Shown here one piece after another: positions 23,956-33,478 of a stretch of 44,960 nt of DNA. Made by a program: the position numbers and the translations under genes. Source of the DNA: Nitrospirota bacterium. Lineage in GTDB: Bacteria > Nitrospirota > JACRHJ01. The notes below the pieces were generated by a model. It had not been told where the DNA came from and did not search any database. It worked only from the letters and a program-made list of their open reading frames with translations. How positions within the stretch are numbered: the stretch's first letter is position 1; every line of letters starts with the position of its first letter. The stretch spans positions 1-44,960 of the forward strand of contig DAHWTK010000002.1 of assembly GCA_027328825.1 (NCBI GenBank), in the 5' to 3' direction.

Positions 23956-25286
23956 ATCGAAACCACCTCCTTGAAAGTCATATCGCTAAATTCACCCTGG
24001 TAATTCAGGAACGGTTTCTCCGCACCTTCAGGCGAGCGCTTGACGAGCTTATAGATTCCGCGATATTTCATGCTCTGTTTCGCGGGCGTGAAAGCGGTTG
24101 TGAGAATACACGTCAGACGCGAGAGGAGTTTCTCTTCCAGGACGCGGCGAGTATCCGCGCAAAGCGAAACCATCAGGAGAAGCTTCGCCAGGCGTCTCTC
24201 TTTCGGGGCCGGACGCACGAAATCCGACAGAAGATAAATCGATCCGACCTCGCCCTTTTTCTTGCTGTATGCCTGGAAAATAAGACAGCCGAGCACTTTC
24301 CCATCGACCATCGCCAGGTAGCAGGGACCTCCCGATCCAGGCTCGATGCTCTTGGCCAACCACATCGCCCGGTAATGGTCGATGATGTCCTGCGGGACCT
24401 CGCGGAGCCGGATGTCCGCGCCGTCCGGGATGTTTTCGTCCGGCGCCAGGATAGGGAGTTTCGGGTCGGTTTCCCGGAGTCTGCGGCGGATTATGCCCTT
24501 CGGGAACGGCAGGTTCGAGTAGATAAAGACGCTCTTCTTGCCGAAAAGGTCCATCCGGGCCACGCAAGGGAGCTCAGGGCGCTCCTTGTCGTCGTAGAGC
24601 ACGTAATCGCCCCGGGTCATGCGCCTTACCGTTTCTTCACGCCGTTCGGTCGTGAGCATTTCGTATTTCGGCTTGTCCCAGGCGATGGACTCCTCCAGGC
24701 GCTTGAAAAGCCGCTCGTAGCCGCCCTCATAGGTCGGCAGGAAGCCCACCCTCACCCCCTGCCCCTCTCCCGGAAGGCGAGGGGTCAAGGAAGTGTCGAA
24801 ATAATCATAAACGTCGATGGCGGTATATTCGGCGATTTTGATATGCTCCATCGCCTTCAGGACCTTCGAGAGCGTCTTTGCGAAAAGCTCGTTCCAGTGC
24901 GCCTGGTAATACTCCCACATCCGGACGGCGTAGACGCTGTTCTTCTTCTCGTATTTCAGCATCTCCATCATCAGGAGCAATGCGGCGACAGGGAAAGGTG
25001 ACGTGGCCAGATTTAGCGCGTTGTCAAGGTAAGGTTGAAGCCAGCGCAGTTCTTCGTTCACCACTTGCAGCTTCATTAAGCGGCCAACCAGCGCGTTTCC
25101 CAGGACACAGGAATACAGCGACACGTCGTTACTGTAGAGCCGGGCGTTCGGGGCGTGGCGGGTCAGGATCTGCTCGATGCTGAAGTTGCCGGAACAGCCG
25201 ATGTAACAGTCACGGCCGTCCAAAAGCTTCGCGTGTGTGGCGAAGAACTGCCGGAGCTTCGCGTTTATCGAACCGATGAAGGGCAT
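23928..25286 (-). CDS. Dam-like (D12-class-like) DNA methyltransferase candidate with unknown C-half
   Basis: N-terminus ..CYIGCSGNFSIE..LYSNDVSLYS.. resembles motif I plus the NDxN region of Dam-type enzymes. The DPPY motif is not clear (LPTYEGGY). Adjacent to the ParB-like gene. Confidence 0.35.
   Translation of the reverse strand: MPFIGSINAKLRQFFATHAKLLDGRDCYIGCSGNFSIEQILTRHAPNARLYSNDVSLYSCVLGNALVGRLMKLQVVNEELRWLQPYLDNALNLATSPFPVAALLLMMEMLKYEKKNSVYAVRMWEYYQAHWNELFAKTLSKVLKAMEHIKIAEYTAIDVYDYFDTSLTPRLPGEGQGVRVGFLPTYEGGYERLFKRLEESIAWDKPKYEMLTTERREETVRRMTRGDYVLYDDKERPELPCVARMDLFGKKSVFIYSNLPFPKGIIRRRLRETDPKLPILAPDENIPDGADIRLREVPQDIIDHYRAMWLAKSIEPGSGGPCYLAMVDGKVLGCLIFQAYSKKKGEVGSIYLLSDFVRPAPKERRLAKLLLMVSLCADTRRVLEEKLLSRLTCILTTAFTPAKQSMKYRGIYKLVKRSPEGAEKPFLNYQGEFSDMTFKEVVSIWKKKHCKP
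24748..24786. repeat. Family-B repeat, in frame in CDS 23928..25286 (..PRLPGEGQGVRVG..)
   Basis: caccctcaccccctgCCCCTCTCCcggaaGGCGAGGGGt. Confidence 0.9.
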
Positions 25287-25672
25287 TAATCCTCCTTTTC
25301 CGCGAGGGCGCGGTAGACAGCTGGGCGGGACATATTGTATTGGAGCGCGAGTTGGGCCGTATTCGCGCCATTAAACTCTTTCCGGATGCGGCGTCGCTTC
25401 TCGCGGCTCACGAGTGCCAGCGGGGACGGTATCCGCACGCGCGCGCCGACAAGCTTGCGGACGATCGCCTCCTCAATCTGGCGGCCAAGTTCGTTGCCGT
25501 AGACCTCGGAACAGGAGAGGCAGTGCCAGGGCAGGCCCTCCGCGGCCCCTCCCCTCGCGGGAGAGGGGCGCAGAAGGCAGGCGCGGCAGGCGCGGGCGCG
25601 GGCAACAACGCCCTGGACAACGTGCGCCCGGATGATTATGGCCATTTCTTCGACGCGGCGGCTAATCCGCAT
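25286..25672 (-). CDS. Mor-family transcriptional activator-like protein
   Basis: C-terminus ..SREKRRRIRKEFNGANTAQLALQYNMSRPAVYRAL.. matches the Mor/C-family HTH pattern (R..I...F.G.N...LA..Y.ls...iY.i). Start is uncertain (25645, 25672 or 25732). Confidence 0.6.
   Translation of the reverse strand: MRISRRVEEMAIIIRAHVVQGVVARARACRACLLRPSPARGGAAEGLPWHCLSCSEVYGNELGRQIEEAIVRKLVGARVRIPSPLALVSREKRRRIRKEFNGANTAQLALQYNMSRPAVYRALAEKED
25546..25570. repeat. Family-B repeat, in frame in the Mor-like CDS (..RPSPARGGAAEG..)
   Basis: CCCCTCCCCTCgcggGAGAGGGGcg. Confidence 0.8.
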
Positions 25673-26129
25673 GGGCGGCTTTCCGGGCATCCAGACGATC
25701 GAGCGCGTCGTTGTAGGCTTGCCAGCCCTCAAAACACGTATGTCTCATATCAGTAAGACTGACAACGCAATTTGCATGATGCGCAGCCAAGAATGCACGA
25801 AGGCCATGCTTCCCATAATGACCCGCGTGCTCTTCGGCTGATTTTAAAAATCCCTCGACATTGTCCGTTTCAAACAACATCCCGCCGCGCGGATCACAAG
25901 GAAGAGCGGCTATCAGGCTAAGGAGTTTCAAGGCCGACGTCTCGATAGCCACCAGCCCCTGGGCGGCGGGGGGAATTTCACGCCCATTGTCCATCGTAAG
26001 TTTCGGCGTTTTTGTGCTGCAAAGATGCGTGGGATCATGCGTCCACCAACAGGTGTTCACCCCATAAAATATTTTTTTAGGCTTGGCTTTCCTTACGTCG
26101 TCGATGGTAATATTTTCGATAATTTCCAT
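25662..26129 (-). CDS. Hypothetical protein
   Basis: 155-aa ORF with ATG 26129, abutting the stop of the ASCH gene. Confidence 0.5.
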   Translation of the reverse strand: MEIIENITIDDVRKAKPKKIFYGVNTCWWTHDPTHLCSTKTPKLTMDNGREIPPAAQGLVAIETSALKLLSLIAALPCDPRGGMLFETDNVEGFLKSAEEHAGHYGKHGLRAFLAAHHANCVVSLTDMRHTCFEGWQAYNDALDRLDARKAAHAD

Positions 26130-26621
26130 TTACGCTTTTACCTCTTCTGGAATATCGACGTTAAAAAATCCCTGCTTGCCTTTGACAGGGAAAGGATTAT
26201 CGAAAACCTTGATCAGGCGCGTTTTCCATGCGTAGCGACCGATCTCGTAGTTCCCAAAATGGCGCTCGATAATTATTTCCTCCTGGGTCATTTTGTCCGT
26301 CGGAACACAGTCATAAAGCTCGACGATGCCGAGGGCCGCGCCCATTGGCAATAGCGACCATTCCACGCCATTCCACCGCCAGGGATGCTCATCTGTCGGG
26401 CCGTTCGGAAGCTTGCAGGGCTTGCCGACAAGCGGGCCAAGAGCCGACTGCATGTGCCAGTAGGACATTTCTGCAATAAGATCGCTTTTTGAGAGGCCGC
26501 CCTTTGCCGCGCAGATAACCAGCGGGCCGCGGTAGCTCGTCGCCCAGGAGCGCGTCTCGTTGCGCTTGGCCGGCGTCATCATCAGTGACGCCCAGGGCTG
26601 CCAGAGAGAGAGTGCTTTCAT
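26130..26621 (-). CDS. ASCH-domain protein
   Basis: Trimmed to ATG 26621 (GAGGTG RBS). MKALSLWQPWASLMM..NETRSWATSYRGPLVICAAK is the typical ASCH N-terminus. Confidence 0.7.
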   Translation of the reverse strand: MKALSLWQPWASLMMTPAKRNETRSWATSYRGPLVICAAKGGLSKSDLIAEMSYWHMQSALGPLVGKPCKLPNGPTDEHPWRWNGVEWSLLPMGAALGIVELYDCVPTDKMTQEEIIIERHFGNYEIGRYAWKTRLIKVFDNPFPVKGKQGFFNVDIPEEVKA

Positions 26622-26863
26622 TGATTCACCTCTTTTAACGTCATCTCGATGGGAAATTTTCCGCGCGCGCCTTCCTTCCATTCCGTGTATTCCGCCAGAC
26701 CGCGCTTAACCAGAGCCTCGATAGTCGGCGTGCCGAAATGTTTGCGGCCATACAATTCCGTTTTCGAGGCATACCAAAAGCCGCCGGGAAAACGGTACAA
26801 TTTCCCGTCGTGCTCCCGCGCTAAGGCAATGGTGGCGCACATGGTCTGAGTAAGCTTAGACAT
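26618..26863 (-). CDS. Hypothetical protein
   Basis: 81 aa, GGAGGAGG RBS, ATGA coupling to the ASCH gene. Confidence 0.5.
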   Translation of the reverse strand: MSKLTQTMCATIALAREHDGKLYRFPGGFWYASKTELYGRKHFGTPTIEALVKRGLAEYTEWKEGARGKFPIEMTLKEVNQ

Positions 26864-27089
26864 GTGGGACCTCCTCCTGATACGCCTCTTCGATGTCGGT
26901 CCCTTTTAATATCTTACGGATCGATTTAGGCGAGTAATTTTCCTGGCCTTTAATAATTATGCGGGCGTTATAGTCCCCTGACGGCTGAACACGCTTAATG
27001 GCGTCGATTATCTTCCTGCCTAAAAAGCTCTTGCCCGAACCTATGCCGCCGCGAAGGACCACCACGATTGTTTCGGTTTCCGGATTCAT
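26856..27089 (-). CDS. Small P-loop-motif protein
   Basis: 77 aa containing ..LRGGIGSGKSF.. GGAGGG RBS. Confidence 0.45.
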   Translation of the reverse strand: MNPETETIVVVLRGGIGSGKSFLGRKIIDAIKRVQPSGDYNARIIIKGQENYSPKSIRKILKGTDIEEAYQEEVPHV

Positions 27090-28019
27090 TTATCCCTCCT
27101 GTTTTGTGAGTTCCCGCCAGCGCGCGTTGGAAATTTTCCCGGAATTCAACGCCGTCTGGCTGTTTTCGATGTAGCGCATCGTCGTCTTCACGTCCTCGTG
27201 CCCCATCTTCGCCGCCACGACCAGAGGGTCCTTTATCTGGTCGTAAAGGTCGCTCGCAAAAGTCGAACGCATCTTGTGGACGAAGGCGTCCGCGTCCGGG
27301 ATGCCGAACCGGACGGCGTATTTCTTCAGGATCGCGTTAATGGACTCCTTCGTTATGCCATAACCGCGGCGTCCCCTGTCCCGCGTCAGGGAAGTGAACA
27401 GCGGCTCGTCCATCTTTGAGGCGGCAACGCGTATCTGCCACCAGTTTCGGATGGCCGCGGTGGGGACTCGCTCAAGTTTTACCGTGCGCTCCTTCGCCCC
27501 CTTGCCAAAGAAAGTGAGCGTGCAGGTCTCGGCGGTGAACTGCATCTGCCTGAGCGTCAAAGAAGCGATCTCCGACACGCGGGGCCCGGCGCCGTAAAGC
27601 ACCATGAGAACGGCCAGGTCGCGGATTCCGATCTCCGTGGAGAGGTCCGGCGCCGCGAATATCTGGCGAAGCTCCTCCGTGGAGAACTTGCGCGCGGAGT
27701 GCTGCGCGAACTTCGGGGATGGGATGTCCTGGCATGGGGACGCGCTCAGGTACCGCTCCCGAACGAGCCAGGCGTAAAAATCCCGGACGGCGGCGAGCTT
27801 CACGGCGCGCGAGGAATTGGAATTATGCCGGTCGAAGAAAAGCGATTTCAACCAGTCCTCGACGTCGGCGCGAGTCGCGGAGAAAATTTCATCGCCGCGC
27901 GCGTTCAAAAATTCGGAAAATTTCCTAACATTCCAAATATACGCCGAAACGGTCGCGCGCGAACGACCACGAAGGATAGTGCAATACTCCGAATAAGCTG
28001 TAAGCTCCGAATCAAGCAT
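27090..28019 (-). CDS. XerC/XerD-like tyrosine recombinase
   Basis: SAM-like N-domain (..TVSAYIWNVRKFSEFL..), ..GAGPRVSEI.., ..HKMRSTFAS.. and ..GHEDVKTTMRYI.. catalytic blocks. Trimmed to ATG 28019 (the track starts at 28130). Confidence 0.8.
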   Translation of the reverse strand: MLDSELTAYSEYCTILRGRSRATVSAYIWNVRKFSEFLNARGDEIFSATRADVEDWLKSLFFDRHNSNSSRAVKLAAVRDFYAWLVRERYLSASPCQDIPSPKFAQHSARKFSTEELRQIFAAPDLSTEIGIRDLAVLMVLYGAGPRVSEIASLTLRQMQFTAETCTLTFFGKGAKERTVKLERVPTAAIRNWWQIRVAASKMDEPLFTSLTRDRGRRGYGITKESINAILKKYAVRFGIPDADAFVHKMRSTFASDLYDQIKDPLVVAAKMGHEDVKTTMRYIENSQTALNSGKISNARWRELTKQEG

Positions 28020-28416
28020 TTTCGACCTGAAAATAGCTCCAATTATAGAAACGAGTAAGTACAGGCAATTCCCGGATTGCACCCTCCAAGGGTATGGGGG
28101 GGGGAGCAAATCCATGACGTTGACCATCAAATCCCGATTGACATTGCATGTTTCCCGGAAATAAACACGCTAAGTCATTGATTTTATGTGTCTCGAAAGG
28201 TAGAAAACTGCATATATTCCGTAAAAGATGCAAGGAAAATTCCGGTTTATTCCGGTTCGTTTTCGGCCTTGTCTTTATGTTCGCCGGTAAGAGTCGCCAC
28301 AGAGAGAATTGATTTTTTTTCATAATTAAATAGTTATCTTGTTTATTGTTAAACTTATAAATACCCTGTATAACCCATTTTAAGAAAACCATTCCGCGCC
28401 CTGGAAAAAGTTAGAT

Positions 28417-28726
28417 ATATCGTTTTTTTGCTCCACTTCTCCACCCGAACTGCTAAACTCGCGTAACAATCTTTTTATTTTCAATAAGTTATTTCAGGTG
28501 GCGCAACTTTTATCAGTAACCACTTACAATTAGCCTTTTTAATCCAATTTCTTTTACTTTACAACGGGTTATCTATCGGGTGGAGCAACCCGACAACCCG
28601 TTTTGCTCCACCCTTAATCCACCCATCTCCACCCTTGCTCCACCCTTGCTCCACCCGACTTTTCCTTAATAAAAATAAATAGTTAAGCCATTTTGGGTGG
28701 AGAAGTGGAGCATTTTTAAACGATAT
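28417..28726. repeat. Iteron array bounded by ~30-bp inverted repeats: putative replication origin or recombinase target
   Basis: - Five tandem 10-11 bp units (ttGCTCCACCC, ttaaTCCACCC, atCTCCACCC, ttGCTCCACCC, ttGCTCCACCC) at 28603-28656.
- Single inverted copy at 28578-28587.
- Doublet tgctccacttctccaccc at 28429-28446, with its exact reverse complement at 28695-28712.
- AT-rich stretch at 28661-28694. Confidence 0.55.
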
Positions 28727-28786
28727 AGGTCAAACTTTTCGGCCTCACGGCTAAAAAATTTTTGATTACTATTATTTTTCATAGTG

Positions 28787-30910
28787 TTATACGCCATATA
28801 CCAACTCTTTCCTAAAACGGTAAACCGTCGTGCCGTTTACTACCCTGTTGTGCAGAGCGCCGTCCTGTTTCCCCAGTAGGAGCCACCCGCTCTTGAGCAG
28901 CGTCTCCCGGTCATTGCTGATGCGCCTGCCGAGCGTCGAAGGGCTTTCGTACGGGTTCCTGATGCCGTGTTCCCGGCAGTAACGGTTCAAGGCCTTGTGC
29001 AGGTCCGCCATCTTCGCGTCGAATTGGACGACCTTTACGGTTGCCTCCACGTCCGTGCCGTCCACCTTTACAGTCCGCTTCTCGCCGACCGAGCGGAACA
29101 GGTCTATCAGATAGGTTGGATGCCGGAAAAAGTGGCACTTCGACTCAAACCCTTTCACCTCGACCGGTTCGCGGTCCCGTTCCGCCGGGACGAGCCATCC
29201 GCCGCCGAGCTTTATCTCCTCAGGCACGAGCGTCTTTTCGCGCATCATCTCCTCGTATTCGAGGTACAGGCCGTCGAGGAAGTTCACGATGCTGTTGGAG
29301 CCGACGCTGATGTCGCCGGCCAGGGCATCCTGGCGTTTTATCCAGTGCTTTAAAATTTCGCCCGCGTCCTCGCCTTCGCCGTAATTGATATGCCCCTTGT
29401 CGAAGAACGGGATGACCTTCACGACCTCTTCGAGGATGAGAAGCCAGACGGTGATCACCTCGTTGGCGCGGTTTTTGTTGTGCTTCGGATACGCGCTCTC
29501 GATATGGTTCAACCATCGCCTGCGGCCTTCCTTGAGGTTCGGCAGGATCGCGTTCACCGCGAGGTCGAGCAGGCCGGACAATATAATGTCGCGCTTCTCA
29601 AGGAGCTCCTGGACGACGTCGAGCATCATAAAACCGCGCTTCTTGAACTTCTCATGGAAGAGCACGGTAAACGCGCCCGTCATAAGCTCGCTCAGAGACC
29701 CGGGAATCGGCTCGATGGCCGTCCAGAGCAGAAGCCCGCGGAGCGTCTGGTTGATCGTCTGGTTATCGGTGCCGCCTTTGCTGATATCGCGTCCGCGGCC
29801 GTCGCGCGCCATGAGAAGGATGTTCTTAAAGTTCCGGGTGAGGTCCGCAGACTCCATGTTGTCGATTACCAGGAGCGGCAGCCCGGAGAGCCTGAACGCC
29901 GCCGCCGCCGACATCTGCCCCACCTTCCCTTCACCGTACAGTAGCGCGAAGCACAGGTCGCCTGCGCTGGATTTGCCGCTCTGCGCGTCTCCCTCGAATT
30001 TCATGAAGCCCTTCGTGTTGCTGTAATCGGTGAAAAGATAGGATATGAGCCAGCATAATATCAGGTAGCGGTCGGTCAGCTCGCACGTAAGGTTGTCGAA
30101 GAGCAATGTCCGCAACAGTTCGAGCGCTTCGCGCGCCTTTGTTCCCTGTATAAAACGCGCGGGTTTAATTGCGGGACACGTATCGAGGAGAACGCCGTCC
30201 GGGTTCGTCGCGTTCGGGATTTCCTCCACCTTTTTGGGCGAGAGCTTCAAAATCGTGTTGTTTGGAGAGCTGAAATTGACGTATATGGAGTTTTTTTCCT
30301 TGTCGGTATGAATCCACGACAGAAGTTGTATCTGCGTCCCGTGGCCAGCGCAGAACGTCTCCAGCCAGTACCAGACGTTCTTCCCCGGCGCCTCGATGGC
30401 GGACAGGTGCGTCCGCCGGTCCATCATGGAGTTGAAGTGGTTATTGTTGCCAATCTCGTAGAGCGACTTGTTGTAAAAAAGGTAAGCCTTCCCGTCCTTG
30501 TTGTAGAAAAATTTCCCTTTCTCGTTAAACCACTTGTATATTTTTTCGCCCAGGGTGCGCGATTTGACGTTCTTCTCGCCCACGGCCTCGTAGTAGTCGG
30601 AGATAACCCTCAGCAGGTCGCCGTCGGTTTCCAGGGCCTCGTGGACGGCCTTCGGGGTGAGGCTTGTCAGCCTCACGATTTTATCTATAAAAAGCTCCTG
30701 CTCCAGGTCTCCGAGCGCGCCAACGGCCTTGTAGACGCCGTGCTCCTTCAGGTGCCCGTGCCGCGCCTCCAGGCCCTCCAGTTTCGCCGCCTGCATGACT
30801 TCCCATGTCAGGACGTCCACGGCCGCTCCCTGGAGCCGCTTAAACTCCCGGTGCCGGTCGCCGTTAACCCCCCGGAGATATTCGTCGATGTCTTTAATCA
30901 GTTCGGGCAT
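28787..30910 (-). CDS. P-loop NTPase, putative replicative helicase/initiator (SF3-like)
   Basis: 707 aa. Walker A ..FEGDAQSGKSSAG.., Walker B-like ..PLLVIDNMES... Sits next to the primase and the iterons. Confidence 0.45.
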   Translation of the reverse strand: MPELIKDIDEYLRGVNGDRHREFKRLQGAAVDVLTWEVMQAAKLEGLEARHGHLKEHGVYKAVGALGDLEQELFIDKIVRLTSLTPKAVHEALETDGDLLRVISDYYEAVGEKNVKSRTLGEKIYKWFNEKGKFFYNKDGKAYLFYNKSLYEIGNNNHFNSMMDRRTHLSAIEAPGKNVWYWLETFCAGHGTQIQLLSWIHTDKEKNSIYVNFSSPNNTILKLSPKKVEEIPNATNPDGVLLDTCPAIKPARFIQGTKAREALELLRTLLFDNLTCELTDRYLILCWLISYLFTDYSNTKGFMKFEGDAQSGKSSAGDLCFALLYGEGKVGQMSAAAAFRLSGLPLLVIDNMESADLTRNFKNILLMARDGRGRDISKGGTDNQTINQTLRGLLLWTAIEPIPGSLSELMTGAFTVLFHEKFKKRGFMMLDVVQELLEKRDIILSGLLDLAVNAILPNLKEGRRRWLNHIESAYPKHNKNRANEVITVWLLILEEVVKVIPFFDKGHINYGEGEDAGEILKHWIKRQDALAGDISVGSNSIVNFLDGLYLEYEEMMREKTLVPEEIKLGGGWLVPAERDREPVEVKGFESKCHFFRHPTYLIDLFRSVGEKRTVKVDGTDVEATVKVVQFDAKMADLHKALNRYCREHGIRNPYESPSTLGRRISNDRETLLKSGWLLLGKQDGALHNRVVNGTTVYRFRKELVYGV

Positions 30911-31160
30911 TAGGAAGCCTTAATCGCTTGGCAATTTCTATTAGTTCGCCGGAGCTTATCTGAACGGCTCCATTAATGACTGCTTGTAAGCGCTTGCTTT
31001 CGCTAATATCATAATGAGGATGCCTGCCGTCTTGAAAACACTCGCGCCTTAATCCAAGGCGTTCTGCAAAGGCATGAAGCTCCTCGCGGCTATCGGCGGT
31101 CATATGCGACATTTTCATGTTGCGGAATGGGAATCGATAAGCATCAATAAAAACGCTCAT
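30894..31160 (-). CDS. DUF4031-family protein
   Basis: ..MSHMTADSREELHAFAERLGLRRECF..HPHYDISESKR..AVINGA.. matches the DUF4031 pattern. Confidence 0.7.
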   Translation of the reverse strand: MSVFIDAYRFPFRNMKMSHMTADSREELHAFAERLGLRRECFQDGRHPHYDISESKRLQAVINGAVQISSGELIEIAKRLRLPNARTD

Positions 31161-31184
31161 TTTCTACCTACCATCCCATTACCC

Positions 31185-31439
31185 TCACTTTCGCTTCTGC
31201 CGCTTCAAACAAAAAGAAAACATCTGATTTATAAACGATTTTTTAAGTTTAACTGCATGTCCGAAATTCATTGATAGATATGCGCCTGCGTAAGAATTGC
31301 CGGAATATCCATGAATTTTTAAAATTACCTTTTCACTGTGGCCCTCGTTCACAAATCGCCCTAACAACAAACTTTCTTCCTCGGTCTCAGTGGTCAATAT
31401 AATCTGTAAATACGTCCCATCGCCAAATCGCGCCTTCAT
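31185..31439 (-). CDS. Hypothetical protein
   Basis: 84-aa ORF in a lower-GC stretch. Confidence 0.4.
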   Translation of the reverse strand: MKARFGDGTYLQIILTTETEEESLLLGRFVNEGHSEKVILKIHGYSGNSYAGAYLSMNFGHAVKLKKSFINQMFSFCLKRQKRK

Positions 31440-31443
31440 ATTT

Positions 31444-32502
31444 CTACCATCCCATCACCCTCACTTTCGCCTCTTCCGCTTCCAGGAGCGGAGCGAACTT
31501 CCTCACGTATTTGTGGCCGCCGTCGTCATTGTCGAAACAGAGATAGACGTGGCGACCGGAGCAGTGCGATACGATGCCTTTGAGCCGTTCGTCCGACGGG
31601 TTGCCGCACAGCGCTATCACGTTGTGCGCGCCCGCGTCCACCAGGCTCATCAGGTCGTTTTCGCCCTCGACGATTATCAGCTCGCCCTTTTTGTAAAGCG
31701 CGTCCTGGTTCCAGCCAAGCCAGGACTCCCCGCGCACGGGCCGCTCGGCCAGTTCCTTTTCGCAGGCCCGGCACTTGCCCTTTCTCCCCTGCACGTCGAG
31801 CGGATGCTCCGGACAGACGAACACGCTCTTCGGGAGTTGCATCTCGTATTTTTTGTTCGGATCCTTGCAGGTGAAGTGGACGACGCGCCCTTGCGAGAAA
31901 TGCGGGAAGATGGCGAGACCCGCGAAAAAGTAATCGTCAAGGGACATCTCGCCCTTTTTCGTGCGCTCGACGACGAGGCCGGACGCCAGAATGTCTTCGT
32001 CCGCGAAGCCGGAGCCTCGCAGGTGCGCCAGAAGCTTCCCGTCCGACCATCCGCACGTCATGGCCGCGATCGTCGATTCCTGGTGCTTTCTGGCCTCGAT
32101 AAAGTAGTTTTTCCCCGCCTGCCAGTTGGCGTGATAGTAATCGGCGGCGGCGAGAAAGATTTTGTCCTTGACGCTCGGCGGATCTTCCTTATCCCGTCGC
32201 CCTCCGGGAGAGGGGTTGGGGTGAGGGCGTTCGGAGAGGGTTATTCCGGCCAGCGCCGCGGCCTTCTTGAGCGCCTCCGGGAACTCCAGCCGCTCGTAAA
32301 GGCCGATAAAGCTCAATATGTCGCCCTTCGTGCCGCAGGAATGGCAGACAAAGCCGCCATCCGGCGGGAAAGAGAAACAGTCGTGATGCGCGCAGAAAGG
32401 ACACTCCGCCAGGTGATGGCCCTTCATCGCAAGGCCGGTCAGACGGAGGACCGTCTCTCTAATCGGCAGTGCGTCTTTTACTCGCTGAACGTCTTCGCTC
32501 AT
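31444..32502 (-). CDS. DnaG-type DNA primase (CHC2 zinc finger + TOPRIM)
   Basis: ..CPFCAHHDCFSF..FVCHSCGTKGDILSF.. zinc finger. ..IIVEGENDLMSL.. and ..CFDNDDGG.. TOPRIM motifs. Confidence 0.85.
   Translation of the reverse strand: MSEDVQRVKDALPIRETVLRLTGLAMKGHHLAECPFCAHHDCFSFPPDGGFVCHSCGTKGDILSFIGLYERLEFPEALKKAAALAGITLSERPHPNPSPGGRRDKEDPPSVKDKIFLAAADYYHANWQAGKNYFIEARKHQESTIAAMTCGWSDGKLLAHLRGSGFADEDILASGLVVERTKKGEMSLDDYFFAGLAIFPHFSQGRVVHFTCKDPNKKYEMQLPKSVFVCPEHPLDVQGRKGKCRACEKELAERPVRGESWLGWNQDALYKKGELIIVEGENDLMSLVDAGAHNVIALCGNPSDERLKGIVSHCSGRHVYLCFDNDDGGHKYVRKFAPLLEAEEAKVRVMGW
32193..32227. repeat. Family-B repeat, in frame in primase (..RPHPNPSPGGRR..)
   Basis: cccgtcgCCCTCcgggaGAGGGgttggggtgaggg. 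Confidence 0.9.
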
Positions 32503-32624
32503 GTGCCTCGAAATGCTCGAATCGTGAAATTGCGAAATTTGGAAATTTAGGGGCGCAGTTGTTTCTGTCGTTTAAAGATAGGCGCGGGCCGAAAAGCCGT
32601 GTTCCGGGGTGCGTTCCCCTCTCC

Positions 32625-33146
32625 TTAGTCCCCTTCCTTGAGTTTAAATGGGGATACAATTATTCGAGGTTCTATATAAACGGGTTTTACATCCTTACCG
32701 TTAGGGTCTTTAAGCAGAACCCATGTCCCTTCTGCCGAAGATGGAGAATAGAGTCCATTTGGGTCTGCTTGGGGAATGGCGACATTTCCATTTCCTGTAT
32801 GAGCGGTCATACCCCCATCTGTAACACGCTCTGGATTGGTATACTCTGTAGCGTAGGGAATCCCGTAGCCTATACTCTCCCCTAAAAATATCAGTTTGCC
32901 TGTGAACTGATTAAACAGATACGTGTATGTTGTTAACCCCGCCTGGTCGCGCAGTTCGTATATGTCTTTGAGGAGCTTCCGCTCCCGGAAATTCTTTATG
33001 TTGGGCATCCCTGTTTCCGAGAACGCCTCATTGGAAAGTTTTTCTTGCTGTCTTGCCTCACGGGTAGTGCTCGATGAACTACACCCACAACAAGACACAA
33101 GCGCAATAATAGAAATACACACTATAAACACCCATAACTTTTTCAT
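32625..33146 (-). CDS. Lipoprotein (moron)
   Basis: MKKLWVFIVCISIIALVSCCGC lipobox-like signal. Lower-GC segment. ATGA overlap with the upstream TM gene. Confidence 0.6.
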   Translation of the reverse strand: MKKLWVFIVCISIIALVSCCGCSSSSTTREARQQEKLSNEAFSETGMPNIKNFRERKLLKDIYELRDQAGLTTYTYLFNQFTGKLIFLGESIGYGIPYATEYTNPERVTDGGMTAHTGNGNVAIPQADPNGLYSPSSAEGTWVLLKDPNGKDVKPVYIEPRIIVSPFKLKEGD

Positions 33147-33478
33147 CTACATCCCCTTTCTTTTTTCAGGTTCTCGATAAAATCCCGTAAATCCGGCGGA
33201 CAGTTATCCAAATCAAACGCTGCCGCACGATGTAGTATGATAGATGCCAACGCATCTTTTTGGTCGGGCGTAGCTTTGATGTATTCCATTTGCATATTCT
33301 GGAGTTCTTCTATCATCCCTTCATTATATGCTTTGGACTGCTCGAAGACCTGACGCCTGACCGCTTCCTGTTTCGGGGCAAAGACTTTGTACAAGAAGAA
33401 GCCATTCCCCATAGCTATCCATGTAAAAGCGAGTGCCCCTACAAGACACGCTAAACCTATAGCTATTCCTTTTAACAT
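33143..33478 (-). CDS. Single-pass membrane protein with helical ectodomain
   Basis: N-terminal TM IAIGLACLVGALAFTWIAM. AAGGAGG RBS. Confidence 0.55.
   Translation of the reverse strand: MLKGIAIGLACLVGALAFTWIAMGNGFFLYKVFAPKQEAVRRQVFEQSKAYNEGMIEELQNMQMEYIKATPDQKDALASIILHRAAAFDLDNCPPDLRDFIENLKKERGCR

Noticed and set aside
28417-28726. An insertion sequence or MITE bounded by the ~30-bp inverted repeats.
   Set aside because: There is no transposase ORF and no obvious target-site duplication. The interior is filled with the same motif that forms the inverted repeats, which fits a protein-binding array better. A MITE cannot be fully excluded.
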